In this document: positions 55,338 through 64,000 of the stretch, piece by piece | Layout: each line of letters opens with the position of its first letter | Position numbering within the stretch: the stretch's first letter is position 1 | From: Patescibacteria group bacterium | Lineage (GTDB): Bacteria; Patescibacteriota; Kazan-3B-28; UBA10110 | Length of the DNA stretch: 64,000 bases | Direction of reading: 5' to 3' | NCBI GenBank assembly: GCA_041659905.1 | Contig: JBAZXK010000002.1 | Location: 128,593-192,592, forward strand | Position numbers and translations under genes: made by a program | The notes under the pieces: model-generated | Databases searched by the model: none | The model's input: the letters and a program-made list of their open reading frames with translations, nothing else | What the model was told of the DNA's origin: nothing

Positions 55338-56267
55338 ATGACCTACGACGTAATTATTATTGGGACAGGCCCGGCTGGCTTAACGGGGGCGTTGTATACA
55401 TGCCGGAGGTCTTTAAAGACTCTCGTTATCGGACAAACTATGGGCGGGCAAGCAATTCTGCCGGCTTGTGTAGAAAATTATCCTGGTTTTGGCAAAACTG
55501 ACGGTTTAACATTAGTTAAAGAATGGCAAACTCAAACTCTGTCAGCTGGGGCAGAAATCAAAACCGGGTTAGTCACAGAAATTAAAAAAGACGACGATAG
55601 TTTTGAGGTGGAGTTAGAAGACGGTACGGAATATAAAGCCAAGGCGGTGATTTTGGCTATGGGGCGGACTCCGCGCAAATTAAATGTGCCAGGAGAAACT
55701 GAATTTACAGGCAAAGGAGTAGCTTATTGTGCTACTTGTGATGCTCCCCTTTTTGCTGGTCGTGATGTAGCGGTAGTCGGTGGCGGTAATGCGGCAGTGG
55801 ATGCGGCAATACTACTATCAGGCGTAGCCAAAAAGGTTTATTTAATACATCGCAATGATCAATTTAAAGCCGAAGCAGCTTTGTTGCATAAATTAGCAAC
55901 ACTAACTAATATTGAAAAGATTTTGCATACCGAAGTCGAAGAGATCAAAGGCAGTAGTTTTGTTGAACAAGTCAAAATCAATCAAATTTCAGATGGAACC
56001 GAAAGAATTATCGATGTGCAGGGGGTATTTATAGAAATTGGCGGCGATGCCAATACGGGTTTCGTAAAAGGTTTGGTTAAGCTAAATGACAAGCAGGAAA
56101 TTATTATCGACGAGCATAATCAGACATCTGTAGAAGGGATATTTGCAGCCGGAGATGCAACTACAGTGCCATTCAAACAAATGATTGTCGCCGCCGGCGA
56201 AGGTGCCAAAGCAGCCTTATCGGCGTATAATTATATACAGGGCTTGGGGGAAACCGCCGCTAAATAA
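55338..56267 (+). CDS. trxB: Thioredoxin-disulfide reductase
   Basis: FAD motif IIGTGPAG, redox-active CATCDAP, NADPH motif GGGNAAVDAA. Confidence 0.9.
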   Translation: MTYDVIIIGTGPAGLTGALYTCRRSLKTLVIGQTMGGQAILPACVENYPGFGKTDGLTLVKEWQTQTLSAGAEIKTGLVTEIKKDDDSFEVELEDGTEYKAKAVILAMGRTPRKLNVPGETEFTGKGVAYCATCDAPLFAGRDVAVVGGGNAAVDAAILLSGVAKKVYLIHRNDQFKAEAALLHKLATLTNIEKILHTEVEEIKGSSFVEQVKINQISDGTERIIDVQGVFIEIGGDANTGFVKGLVKLNDKQEIIIDEHNQTSVEGIFAAGDATTVPFKQMIVAAGEGAKAALSAYNYIQGLGETAAK

Positions 56268-56272
56268 TTTAT

Positions 56273-57508
56273 ATGGAATCACCTGCCTACCAAGCTGCTT
56301 TAAAAGAAGCTGCCACCCGGATTAATTTATCCGAGGCAGATTTAGTTAAATTATCTACCCCAGAGAATATTATTTCAGTAGAAATACCCTTAGAGCTGGA
56401 TTCAGGGCAGAGATTAAATCTACCCGCTTTTAGAGTCCAGCATAACTCGGCCAGAGGGCCTTACAAAGGCGGAATTCGCTTCCACCTGGCGGTGGACGTG
56501 GAAGAAGCCAAGATATTGGCTTCGCTGATGACCTGGAAGTGTGCCGTGGCTGGCATTCCGTTTGGCGGGGGCAAGGGTGGAGTACAAGTTGACCCCAAAA
56601 AACTATCCAAAACAGAATTAGAAAGATTATCCCGGAGTTATATCCGAGCCATGTTTCCTAAAATCGGCTCTAATTTGGATGTGCCGGCACCGGATGTAAA
56701 TACGGATAGCCAAACGATGGCATGGATGGCAGATGAATATTCGCGCCTGGCCGGAGCTTGGGTGCCTGGGTTTATCACTGGCAAACCAGTGGAGCTGGGA
56801 GGCTCTCGGGGACGAGATATGGCCACATCTCTGGGCGGAAAAATTGTTTTAGATGAGATGTTGCTAAATTTGGACATTGCCCAGCCGCCTTATCTGGTAG
56901 CGATTCAAGGGATTGGCAATGTGGGAGGAGGTTTAGCTAAACTGTTGGCAAAAGATAAAAATTATCAAGTAGTGGGGCTGAGTGATTCACAAACTGCCAT
57001 TTATTCCCCTACCGGATTGGATATAGCAGCTGTGATGAAGTTTAAGCAGCAAACGGGAAGCCTAAATAATTTTCCGAATGTTAAGATTATCTCAAATGCT
57101 GAATTATTAGAATTGGATGTAAATATTTTAGTGCCAGCAGCCCTGGATAATCAAATTACCACTGCCAATGCCGATAAAATTAAAGCTAAATTGATCTTAG
57201 AGATGGCCAATAATCCTATAAGCGAAGCTGGAGATGCTATTTTAAGTTCCCGAGGAGTCACAGTCGTGCCAGATATTCTAGCTAATGCCGGCGGCGTGAC
57301 GGTGAGTTATTTTGAATGGGCACAGAATCGCTCCGGTTATTATTGGGAAGAAGTGGAGGTTAACGAAAAACTCCAAAAGATTATGCTGCAAGCCACGCGA
57401 GAGATTCTTGATGTGGCTAAAATTCAACCGGTTACTTTACGAGTAGCGGCTTTTATTTTAGCTCTCCGGAGAGTTTACGCTGCCATGCATTTGCGTGGTA
57501 AACTATAA
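56273..57508 (+). CDS. gdhA: Glu/Leu/Phe/Val-family (glutamate) dehydrogenase
   Basis: IPFGGGKGGVQVDP catalytic Lys motif, NAD(P) Rossmann GIGNVGG. Confidence 0.85.
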   Translation: MESPAYQAALKEAATRINLSEADLVKLSTPENIISVEIPLELDSGQRLNLPAFRVQHNSARGPYKGGIRFHLAVDVEEAKILASLMTWKCAVAGIPFGGGKGGVQVDPKKLSKTELERLSRSYIRAMFPKIGSNLDVPAPDVNTDSQTMAWMADEYSRLAGAWVPGFITGKPVELGGSRGRDMATSLGGKIVLDEMLLNLDIAQPPYLVAIQGIGNVGGGLAKLLAKDKNYQVVGLSDSQTAIYSPTGLDIAAVMKFKQQTGSLNNFPNVKIISNAELLELDVNILVPAALDNQITTANADKIKAKLILEMANNPISEAGDAILSSRGVTVVPDILANAGGVTVSYFEWAQNRSGYYWEEVEVNEKLQKIMLQATREILDVAKIQPVTLRVAAFILALRRVYAAMHLRGKL

Positions 57509-57530
57509 ATTGGCTAATTAATTTGCAATA

Positions 57531-57788
57531 ATGGCTCGACTAAAAGAGTTCAAAATTTATTCGACTCCAACTTGCGGTTACTGCCATATGTTGAAGGATT
57601 GGCTGACTGAAAAAAAGATCCCTTTTATCAATATTGATGTAGCAGCTGATCCAACTAAAGGAGTGGAAATGATTCAGAAAACCGGGCAAATGGGGGTGCC
57701 GGTGAGTATGATTAGTTTTGAAGATGGCAAAGAAGAGATTGTTTTAGGATTTGATCAAGAGAGGATTGCGAAGATCCTTGGTTTGTAA
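57531..57788 (+). CDS. Glutaredoxin-like protein (NrdH/thioredoxin fold)
   Basis: 85 aa, CGYC redox motif near the N-terminus. Confidence 0.75.
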   Translation: MARLKEFKIYSTPTCGYCHMLKDWLTEKKIPFINIDVAADPTKGVEMIQKTGQMGVPVSMISFEDGKEEIVLGFDQERIAKILGL

Positions 57789-57868
57789 ATTATTCCCCTC
57801 CTGCTCCTCGAGTCTGAGCCTCGGAGTCGAAGACCGGAGCCTGCCTGCCGGTAGGCAGGGAGGGGTGA

Positions 57869-57951
57869 GGGGAGGTGGGAGTATATTCCCCGAGCGGAGT
57901 CGAGCCTGCCTGCCGGTAGGCAGGGGGCTACCTTTGATTTGTAAAATCAAT
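57869..57951. repeat. 83 nt GC-rich palindromic repeat, copy 2 (identical to 31935-32018); preceded by a partial extra copy of its core at 57820-57865
   Basis: Same sequence as copy 1, including the gcctgcctgccggtaggcagg and ttgatttgtaaaatcaa palindromes. Confidence 0.85.
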
Positions 57952-57963
57952 CAACCATTTTCT

Positions 57964-58185
57964 GTTACTTTCCCGAGGAAAGTAACCAAAGTCTTCTCGC
58001 AGTCGCTCTGGCTTGGTATTTAGCTAAAAATTACCTGGCTGTTCTCGCCGGTATATACCGGCTCCACGCACTGGTAATTTTTGGAATACCTAACACTCGA
58101 GCTCCAATGGCTGGAATGTAAAATCAAGACATCCCTCCTCCAAGGGCCGGTTAGATGAAAAGACGCTCAAACTCCAATGGCCACG
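57964..58185 (+). ncRNA. Candidate structured RNA / cis-regulatory element, copy 3 of 3
   Basis: 5-prime hairpin gttactttcc-cga-ggaaagtaac identical to copy 2; conserved boxes as in copies 1-2; fused downstream of the 83 nt repeat exactly as in copy 1. Confidence 0.45.
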
Positions 58186-58337
58186 AAATACAACGGTCGT
58201 TGTATTTCGTGGCCTAGTATACCATCCGTCATTCTGGGGAGCTCATGGGGCGACTCCAGAATCTTTCCTGGTTTTTTTATTGGTTTTAGATGTAGAATAT
58301 AAATATTCATTATATTTATTAACAAATAGGTATTATC

Positions 58338-59471
58338 ATGGGGAAGAAACTAAAGAAAATAAAAACAAACAAGTCCTTGAAGTCTCTCTTCAGCAACAAG
58401 CCACTCCTCTTTATAGTGGCTATTGTGGTATTGGTTGTAATCTTCTCCAATTCAAGCGTAAGAGCTTTTCTTAGAATGCCTAGTCAGGCAGCCGAAATTA
58501 CTCCAGGTACCTCACCATCTACATCAACTTCCTGCATATTCTATGCATCTTCTTTAGGCAACGATCAGAATAATGGCAGTGCTCCCCAAGATCAATACGC
58601 AGTCAGAACTATTAAAAAAGCAATTCAGTTGTCGAAGGCTAATTGTCCAGTCTCGGCGACAATTAAGCTTGTCGGCAGTCAGTATAATGTTTCAGATCTT
58701 GATATAAATACAGCAAATCCAATTACAGTTAATGGAGAGACAAAAAACATCACTATCACTTCGAGTGGCGCTAATAAAACTGAGGTTAAGTATGTTAGTC
58801 CAAATAATGATGATAGTACGGTAACATTTTCTAATGAGGTTAATTTTAATCCGAATGGCACGATCACTATTACAAACATCATATTTAATAATGTTGGGAT
58901 TCGTACTTTAACACGCTCGTATAGTACATATGTCACAGGGAATATTCTTACAAATCAGACTAACCATGATCCAAATGACCAGGCACGATTAGTGGTGGGA
59001 TCTTTCCTTAATGCTGATGCGGGTATTATCAAAATATATAACAATAAGTTTATGTTTGATGAGACTACCTCAGGAAATATAAACGAGGGCGTTATTATAG
59101 ATAATCTATCATATGCCACCCTGTTGGATGTATCTAATAATACCTTTAATTACTTCTCATATCCAAACCAATATAGTGATTCTAATACTGAAGAAACTAA
59201 ATTTATAGGTATCAGATTACATCAAAACAACAGTCAGGCATCAATCGCAAATAATAATTTTGTGACCCAAGGAGTATCTGTTGTAGGAAAAAGCATCATA
59301 TCTGCCAATATCCACAATTTTGGCCTAGTTTCGGATAGGTCTGTTATCAAGACAACAATAGAAAAAAACAATTTCTCAAAGTTCAATGGGATTGATGTTA
59401 GCGTTATTTCTCCACCTGTACAAGGGAGCGAATCCCAGAACATACTCATTCATAATAATATAGGTATATAA
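58338..59471 (+). CDS. Secreted/anchored protein with parallel beta-helix-like repeats (hypothetical)
   Basis: N-terminal signal/TM (LLFIVAIVVLVVIFSNSSVRA); N/T/I-rich repetitive body suggestive of a right-handed beta-helix (pectate-lyase-like) fold. Confidence 0.55.
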   Translation: MGKKLKKIKTNKSLKSLFSNKPLLFIVAIVVLVVIFSNSSVRAFLRMPSQAAEITPGTSPSTSTSCIFYASSLGNDQNNGSAPQDQYAVRTIKKAIQLSKANCPVSATIKLVGSQYNVSDLDINTANPITVNGETKNITITSSGANKTEVKYVSPNNDDSTVTFSNEVNFNPNGTITITNIIFNNVGIRTLTRSYSTYVTGNILTNQTNHDPNDQARLVVGSFLNADAGIIKIYNNKFMFDETTSGNINEGVIIDNLSYATLLDVSNNTFNYFSYPNQYSDSNTEETKFIGIRLHQNNSQASIANNNFVTQGVSVVGKSIISANIHNFGLVSDRSVIKTTIEKNNFSKFNGIDVSVISPPVQGSESQNILIHNNIGI

Positions 59472-59581
59472 TTCTGGTATCTGATCTATTTAAGACTTCA
59501 ACGGCTCATCGATGAGCCGTTGAATACTTTTATAAGATTATAACCTGCCCGTGGCCGAGATTTACCGGCCAGGGAGTCGCT

Positions 59582-60190
59582 TCACTCCCCAGAATGACGG
59601 CTGAAAATGGCTTTACTGATGACGCTGTAATTAAATCCTTTGCGAGCAAGATAGAATTTGAGTTGGTCGGGGGTTTTTGAGTGGCTGAATTTGGCGACGA
59701 GTTTGGTAGCGGTGGCTAATTCTTGATCGGCTAATTCGGGTTGGGCGAGAGTTTCTCGGATAATATTTTCGGCTATCCCCTTTTGGATAAGCTCGGCTTT
59801 TAAGTGGGTAATGCTTCTATTTCGTGTTTGTGATCTTTCTTTTACCCAGTGTTCGGCAAACTTTTGATCATCCAGCCAGCCCTCTTTTTTTAAGCGGGCA
59901 ATCGTTTCGACAATGGTTTCGGGCTCAAATTTGGTTTTGAGTTTTTGGCGGATTTCAAAAATGCTTTGCGGCCGATAAGACAATAATTTCAAAACTTTGT
60001 CGTAGGCCTTGCCATTGATATCCTGTTTTTTGAGCTCTTCACAAAGTTTTGTGGAAATATCTGCTCCCACTTTCAGGTTGTGGGAAATCCAGGTGAATTT
60101 ATCGATCCCGGTCAGGAATTTATCATCCACAAACACATTTACCCGATTAGAGTTATTGGCTTGGCTCACGATTTTGGTGATTGTAGGCAT
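59582..60190 (-). CDS. recX: Regulatory protein RecX
   Basis: 202 aa three-helical-repeat protein; C-terminal half matches RecX family repeats. Confidence 0.65.
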   Translation of the reverse strand: MPTITKIVSQANNSNRVNVFVDDKFLTGIDKFTWISHNLKVGADISTKLCEELKKQDINGKAYDKVLKLLSYRPQSIFEIRQKLKTKFEPETIVETIARLKKEGWLDDQKFAEHWVKERSQTRNRSITHLKAELIQKGIAENIIRETLAQPELADQELATATKLVAKFSHSKTPDQLKFYLARKGFNYSVISKAIFSRHSGE

Positions 60191-60253
60191 TAGCTTATAA
60201 TAGGAGTTGATATTTTGAGCCTGTAGAATACATATTTTCTAGATTTAGTTTAA

Positions 60254-61765
60254 GTGGAAAAGAAATATATCACAACCTCAATTGCCTATATCAATGCGGC
60301 TCCCCATGTGGGGTTTGCTTGGGAACTACTCCAGGCAGATGCCTTGGCACGCTGGTATCGCCTAAATGGTCACCCGACCTGGTTTTTGACGGGGACGGAT
60401 GAGCATGGCAGTAAAATTGCCAAAGTGGCGGAAGAGGAGGGGGTAGCGCCCCAGGTGGTGGCGGATCGCAACTCGGCTTTATTTGCCAATCTCAAGCCAT
60501 TATTAAATTTGTCTAATGATGATTTTATCCGGACGGGCGACCAGGCAAGACACTTCCCGGGAGCGCAAAAATTATGGAAACAATTAGTCGCTGCAGGCGA
60601 TATTTACAAAGACAAATACATCGGGCTGTATTGTGTGGGGTGCGAGGCGTATGTCACAGAAAAAGATTTAATAGAAGGTTGTTGTCCCATTCATAAATCA
60701 GAGCCAGAGCGCATCAAGGAAGAAAACTACTTTTTCAGATTGTCGAAATATGGAGATCGCATCGCGGAGTTAATTGAGAGTAAGGAATTGAAGATTATCC
60801 CGGAAGGACGAGCGAAAGAGATCTTGAATGTGATTAAATCCGGGCTAACTGATATTAGTTTTTCTCGCCCCATGGCTAAATTGCCTTGGGGGATACCGGT
60901 ACCGGATGACCTGAATCAAACTATGTATGTTTGGTGCGATGCACTGTCTAATTACATTAGCGCCATTGGCTATGGCAGGGATGAAACTGAGTTTACCAAA
61001 TGGTGGCCGGCCGATATTCACTGTATCGGCAAAGATATTCTGCGGTTCCATGCGGCCATTTGGCCAGGAATGCTTCTGTCAGCTGGGCTGCCTTTGCCGA
61101 AGAAGATCTTAGTCCACGGATTTATTACTTCGGGTGGACAAAAAATGAGCAAAAGCTTGGGAAATGTGATTGATCCTAAGGAAGCAGTGGACGTTTATGG
61201 CGCCGATGCTTTGCGTTATTATTTACTCCGGGAACTGCCCACTACCGATGATGGCGATTTTTCCTGGAAGCGGTTCGACGAATTATATAATCATGAATTA
61301 GCGGATAACCTGGGCAATTTACTTTCGCGCGTGGTACAAATGACCAGCAAGTTTTGTGCCGGTAAAGTACCGGCAGTTGCCCCCATTTTGCCGGGAGCTG
61401 ACATAACTGCTATAGAGGTACAGAAATATTTTGAAGAATTTGATTTGCAAAAAGCCTTACTGGCCATCAATCAGTACATCAGCCAACTCAATGTATTAGT
61501 AGATACCAAAAAACCCTGGGAGTTAGCTAAACAAGGTCGTCAAGACGAAGTTGAAGAGGTGCTCTATCAACTGCTGGAAGGTTTGCGCGGCATCGCCTTG
61601 TGTCTACTGCCATTTTTGCCGGATACGGCAGACAAAATTGCTGTAACTCTGGGAGTCAATGATTTACTGACTATCACTGATTGGTCAGAGGCAATTAAGT
61701 GGGGGAAATTGTTACCTGGAACACCTATTCAGCCCAGCCCGATCCTGTTTCCTAAAAAAGTCTAG
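60254..61765 (+). CDS. metG: Methionine--tRNA ligase
   Basis: Class I HIGH-region variant (PHVGFAW), zinc knuckle CVGCEAYV...CCPIH, KMSKS motif. Confidence 0.9.
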   Translation: MEKKYITTSIAYINAAPHVGFAWELLQADALARWYRLNGHPTWFLTGTDEHGSKIAKVAEEEGVAPQVVADRNSALFANLKPLLNLSNDDFIRTGDQARHFPGAQKLWKQLVAAGDIYKDKYIGLYCVGCEAYVTEKDLIEGCCPIHKSEPERIKEENYFFRLSKYGDRIAELIESKELKIIPEGRAKEILNVIKSGLTDISFSRPMAKLPWGIPVPDDLNQTMYVWCDALSNYISAIGYGRDETEFTKWWPADIHCIGKDILRFHAAIWPGMLLSAGLPLPKKILVHGFITSGGQKMSKSLGNVIDPKEAVDVYGADALRYYLLRELPTTDDGDFSWKRFDELYNHELADNLGNLLSRVVQMTSKFCAGKVPAVAPILPGADITAIEVQKYFEEFDLQKALLAINQYISQLNVLVDTKKPWELAKQGRQDEVEEVLYQLLEGLRGIALCLLPFLPDTADKIAVTLGVNDLLTITDWSEAIKWGKLLPGTPIQPSPILFPKKV

Positions 61766-61767
61766 CT

Positions 61768-62607
61768 ATGCTCTACCCATTTTTGGCTGTTATTTTTGAT
61801 GTCTTGACCCTGATCTCTACCAAGCGGATTTTTGTTAAATTCAAAAATCTAGATTATAAATCGTTTGCCTGGTGGCTATTTTTCTGGATTGCGGGTGTTG
61901 GCTTGTTAGTTTCTCCTTGGTTTGTAACTATCCAATCCACAGCTACCCAGCCGCATTATTTATGGCTGCTATTGGCCTTAGTATTTTTAGCGGCTAATTA
62001 TAACCTGCTCTTTTATTTTGGGCTCAAATATGAAAAAGTTTCTGAGATCGAACCTTTTCTGTTATTCAATCCCCTTATTGCCATTGTGATCGCTAGCCTA
62101 TTTTTCCCCGGGGAACGGTCTTGGCACGTTTATTTGGCGGCAGCCGTGGCCGGCTTAGCTTTGGCGTGGTCGCATTTGGATCGTCAGCATCTTAAACTGT
62201 CTCGGCCGCTTCTGGCCATCCTAGGTTTTGCTCTATTGCATGGATTGGAGGCTGTCATTATCAAGGAATTATTAATGGTTTACTCACCTCTAGCCCTTTA
62301 TTTAGTGCGTTGCATTACCACTGCTCTGTTTCTGTGGGTGATAGAAAAAGGGAAGATCAAAAAAATTACTCTTCAGCAAGTTCCTTTCTTTCTTCTAATT
62401 GCCGTGGGTGCACTGGTTACAAGTGTGTTAATCTATACTTCATATCATGGCATAGGAATTAGCATGACCATGGCGGTATTACTCTTATCTCCCATATTGG
62501 TTTATTTGCTGTCAGTCCTGTATTTGCGCGAAAAACTGCAATGGAAGAATATAGTGTCTAGCGTGGTGATTATTGGAGCAATTATTTGGTTGAGCGTAGT
62601 GCGATGA
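61768..62607 (+). CDS. Polytopic membrane protein (possible DMT/EamA-like transporter)
   Basis: 279 aa, ~9-10 hydrophobic helices. Confidence 0.5.
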   Translation: MLYPFLAVIFDVLTLISTKRIFVKFKNLDYKSFAWWLFFWIAGVGLLVSPWFVTIQSTATQPHYLWLLLALVFLAANYNLLFYFGLKYEKVSEIEPFLLFNPLIAIVIASLFFPGERSWHVYLAAAVAGLALAWSHLDRQHLKLSRPLLAILGFALLHGLEAVIIKELLMVYSPLALYLVRCITTALFLWVIEKGKIKKITLQQVPFFLLIAVGALVTSVLIYTSYHGIGISMTMAVLLLSPILVYLLSVLYLREKLQWKNIVSSVVIIGAIIWLSVVR

Positions 62608-63386
62608 ATTATATCGATACCCATTGTCATCTTAATTTCCCCCAGTTCCATCGCGATATGGAAAAAACAGTTTTGCGGTCTTTGCAGGCAGGTTTAATTT
62701 ATTTAATTAATGTGGGAACTGATCTGCGTACCTCTAACGAAAGTGTTAATCTCGCCAGCCGGTATAAGGAAATTTATGCGGCCGTGGGGGTGCACCCGCA
62801 TGACGCCAGGAAGAATCTGGTCGGCATCAGCGCCAGCTTAACTCCCCTATTACGCCATCTCAAAGTGGTTGCAGTGGGCGAAATCGGACTAGATTTTTAT
62901 CGCAATTTATCGTCGCAAGAGAATCAGAAAACAATTTTTATTGAACAGCTCCAACTGGCTCTCAAACACCATAAACCAGTGATACTGCATTGTCGTGATG
63001 CCTACCGCGATGTACTGAATATCCTAGACGAGTTTTATTTGCCAGAGCTAAAAGACTCTCTTCCCGGAGTAATCCATTCTTTTTCGGCCGGTCCAAATTA
63101 TTTACAAGAATTTTTGCGGCGTGGGTTCTATATCGGGTTTAACGGCATGATTACTTATCCCGATCATGAAAGTCTATTAGAATCAGTTCGCAATACACCG
63201 CTGGACCGATTACTATTAGAAACTGATGCGCCTTATTTGTCGCCCTTGGCTCATCGGGGAGAACGCAATGAGCCGATGTTGGTTAAAGAAGTGGCAGCGC
63301 GAGTGGCGGAATTAAAAGGCATTGATGTAGAAGAGGTGGTGAACAGGAGTACAGCCAATGCCATAGCTTTATTTAAGCTACAATAA
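62586..63386 (+). CDS. tatD: TatD-family metal-dependent hydrolase/DNase
   Basis: [13 protein letters not shown]-terminus, GEIGLDF and LETDAPYL motifs. Confidence 0.85.
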   Translation: MVERSAMNYIDTHCHLNFPQFHRDMEKTVLRSLQAGLIYLINVGTDLRTSNESVNLASRYKEIYAAVGVHPHDARKNLVGISASLTPLLRHLKVVAVGEIGLDFYRNLSSQENQKTIFIEQLQLALKHHKPVILHCRDAYRDVLNILDEFYLPELKDSLPGVIHSFSAGPNYLQEFLRRGFYIGFNGMITYPDHESLLESVRNTPLDRLLLETDAPYLSPLAHRGERNEPMLVKEVAARVAELKGIDVEEVVNRSTANAIALFKLQ

Positions 63387-63390
63387 AACC

Positions 63391-64000
63391 ATGGAAGATC
63401 TGTTTGCTCCAGTCGAGTGGCTGCAAGAGGCGGGATACCGGGCTTATCTGGTGGGAAATCAATCACGCAACGCAGTATTACAAGAAAAGCCTGCCGGCCA
63501 AGATATCGATATTGCTACTTCCGCTTTGCCGCGCGAGGTGGGCAAGATTTTATCTCAGCAACAGATTGTGCCAGCCCGCCTGGATGTCAAATTCGGGGTG
63601 GTGGCTTTTTTGTGGCAAGGTCGGGATTACGAAATCACCACTTTTCGGGAAGATATCTATGATCCGCAATTTAACCATATCCGGCGTACTCCCATCGAAA
63701 TAAAATTTCATAAGGACACCAAATTAGATGCGTTACGCCGGGATTTTACGATCAATGCGATCTATTGGAATCCTAAAAACAATCATTTTATCGATCCGGT
63801 AGACGGTATTAAAGATTTAGAGAATAAAACCCTGCGGTTTATTGGGGATGCGGAAACGCGTATCAAAGAAGATCCTCTAAGAGTTCTACGGGCGATTCGG
63901 TTTAAGTATAGTCTGGGTTTGAAATATGCCGCCACGACTTTAAAAGCGTTAATTAAATACGGCAAGCTGGTACATAAACTTCAGCCATCGCTCCTAAAAA
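63391..64000 (+). CDS. cca: tRNA nucleotidyltransferase (CCA-adding enzyme)/poly(A) polymerase-family head domain, 5-prime partial (runs off window)
   Basis: ATG at 63391; [10 protein letters not shown]...DIDIAT...RRDFTINA motifs of class II nucleotidyltransferases. Not in the ORF track because it has no stop codon in the window. Confidence 0.75.
   Translation, partial: MEDLFAPVEWLQEAGYRAYLVGNQSRNAVLQEKPAGQDIDIATSALPREVGKILSQQQIVPARLDVKFGVVAFLWQGRDYEITTFREDIYDPQFNHIRRTPIEIKFHKDTKLDALRRDFTINAIYWNPKNNHFIDPVDGIKDLENKTLRFIGDAETRIKEDPLRVLRAIRFKYSLGLKYAATTLKALIKYGKLVHKLQPSLLK

Noticed and set aside
32035-58185. The three structured elements as known riboswitches (TPP, cobalamin, SAM, glycine, c-di-GMP, ZTP, guanidine, fluoride) or self-cleaving ribozymes (hammerhead, twister, pistol)
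   Set aside because: None of the characteristic conserved cores (for example CUGAGA/ACCUGA for TPP, CUGAUGA...GAAA for hammerhead) could be found by eye, so the elements are left unclassified rather than forced into a known family.
1-64000. CRISPR arrays / cas genes
   Set aside because: No series of regularly spaced direct repeats of 25-40 nt with unique spacers is present, and no Cas-like ORFs are seen. The repeats present are palindromic REP-like elements at irregular positions.

Overview
This 64 kb window is a gene-dense, mostly housekeeping bacterial chromosome segment (~45% GC). The gene complement and the small size of many proteins are consistent with a reduced-genome lineage such as Patescibacteria/CPR (inference, not proven). 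Recognisable genes include H+-pyrophosphatase, VanW-like, holA, rpsT, NrnA-like DHH, rpsO-pnp, UDG, RNase J, ftsK, yajQ, recA, an L,D-transpeptidase, rsmI, ksgA, pcrA, yebC-ruvC-ruvA, mltG, comEC (split), MraY/WecA-like, rplY, alaS, ruvX, hup, trxB, gdh, recX, metG, tatD, and cca (partial). There are seven tRNAs (Gly-TCC, Arg-TCT, His-GTG, Arg-CCG, Lys-CTT, Glu-TTC, plus a degenerate Glu-like fragment). Interspersed accessory-looking loci are: (i) two paralogous TrmB-like regulators, each divergently paired with a minus-strand operon, one of which is panD plus a B12-binding radical-SAM enzyme; (ii) a second divergent B12/radical-SAM-like protein; (iii) a PEP-utilising-enzyme swivel-domain protein sitting between tRNAs. 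The most unusual non-coding signal is a ~180-250 nt structured element present in three copies (32035-32282, 35824-36000, 57964-58185). It shows compensatory base changes in at least three helices and a conserved loop-loop complementarity. Each copy lies immediately upstream of a same-strand lineage-specific gene, and two copies are fused to an identical ~83 nt GC-rich palindromic repeat. I could not assign it to a known RNA family from sequence alone; it is the best candidate here for an undescribed cis-regulatory RNA or cassette-associated element. Other notable structures: a ~110 nt inverted-repeat pair (including the last 27 nt of ftsK) flanking a 3.1 kb yajQ-recA-ldt segment; several families of GC-rich REP-like palindromes in intergenic DNA; an in-frame GC-rich repeat insertion in ruvC; comEC split at an A6 run; an unannotated 34-aa lysine-rich peptide gene with a strong RBS; and a 410 nt gene-free gap that may hold an ncRNA. 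No CRISPR array was found.
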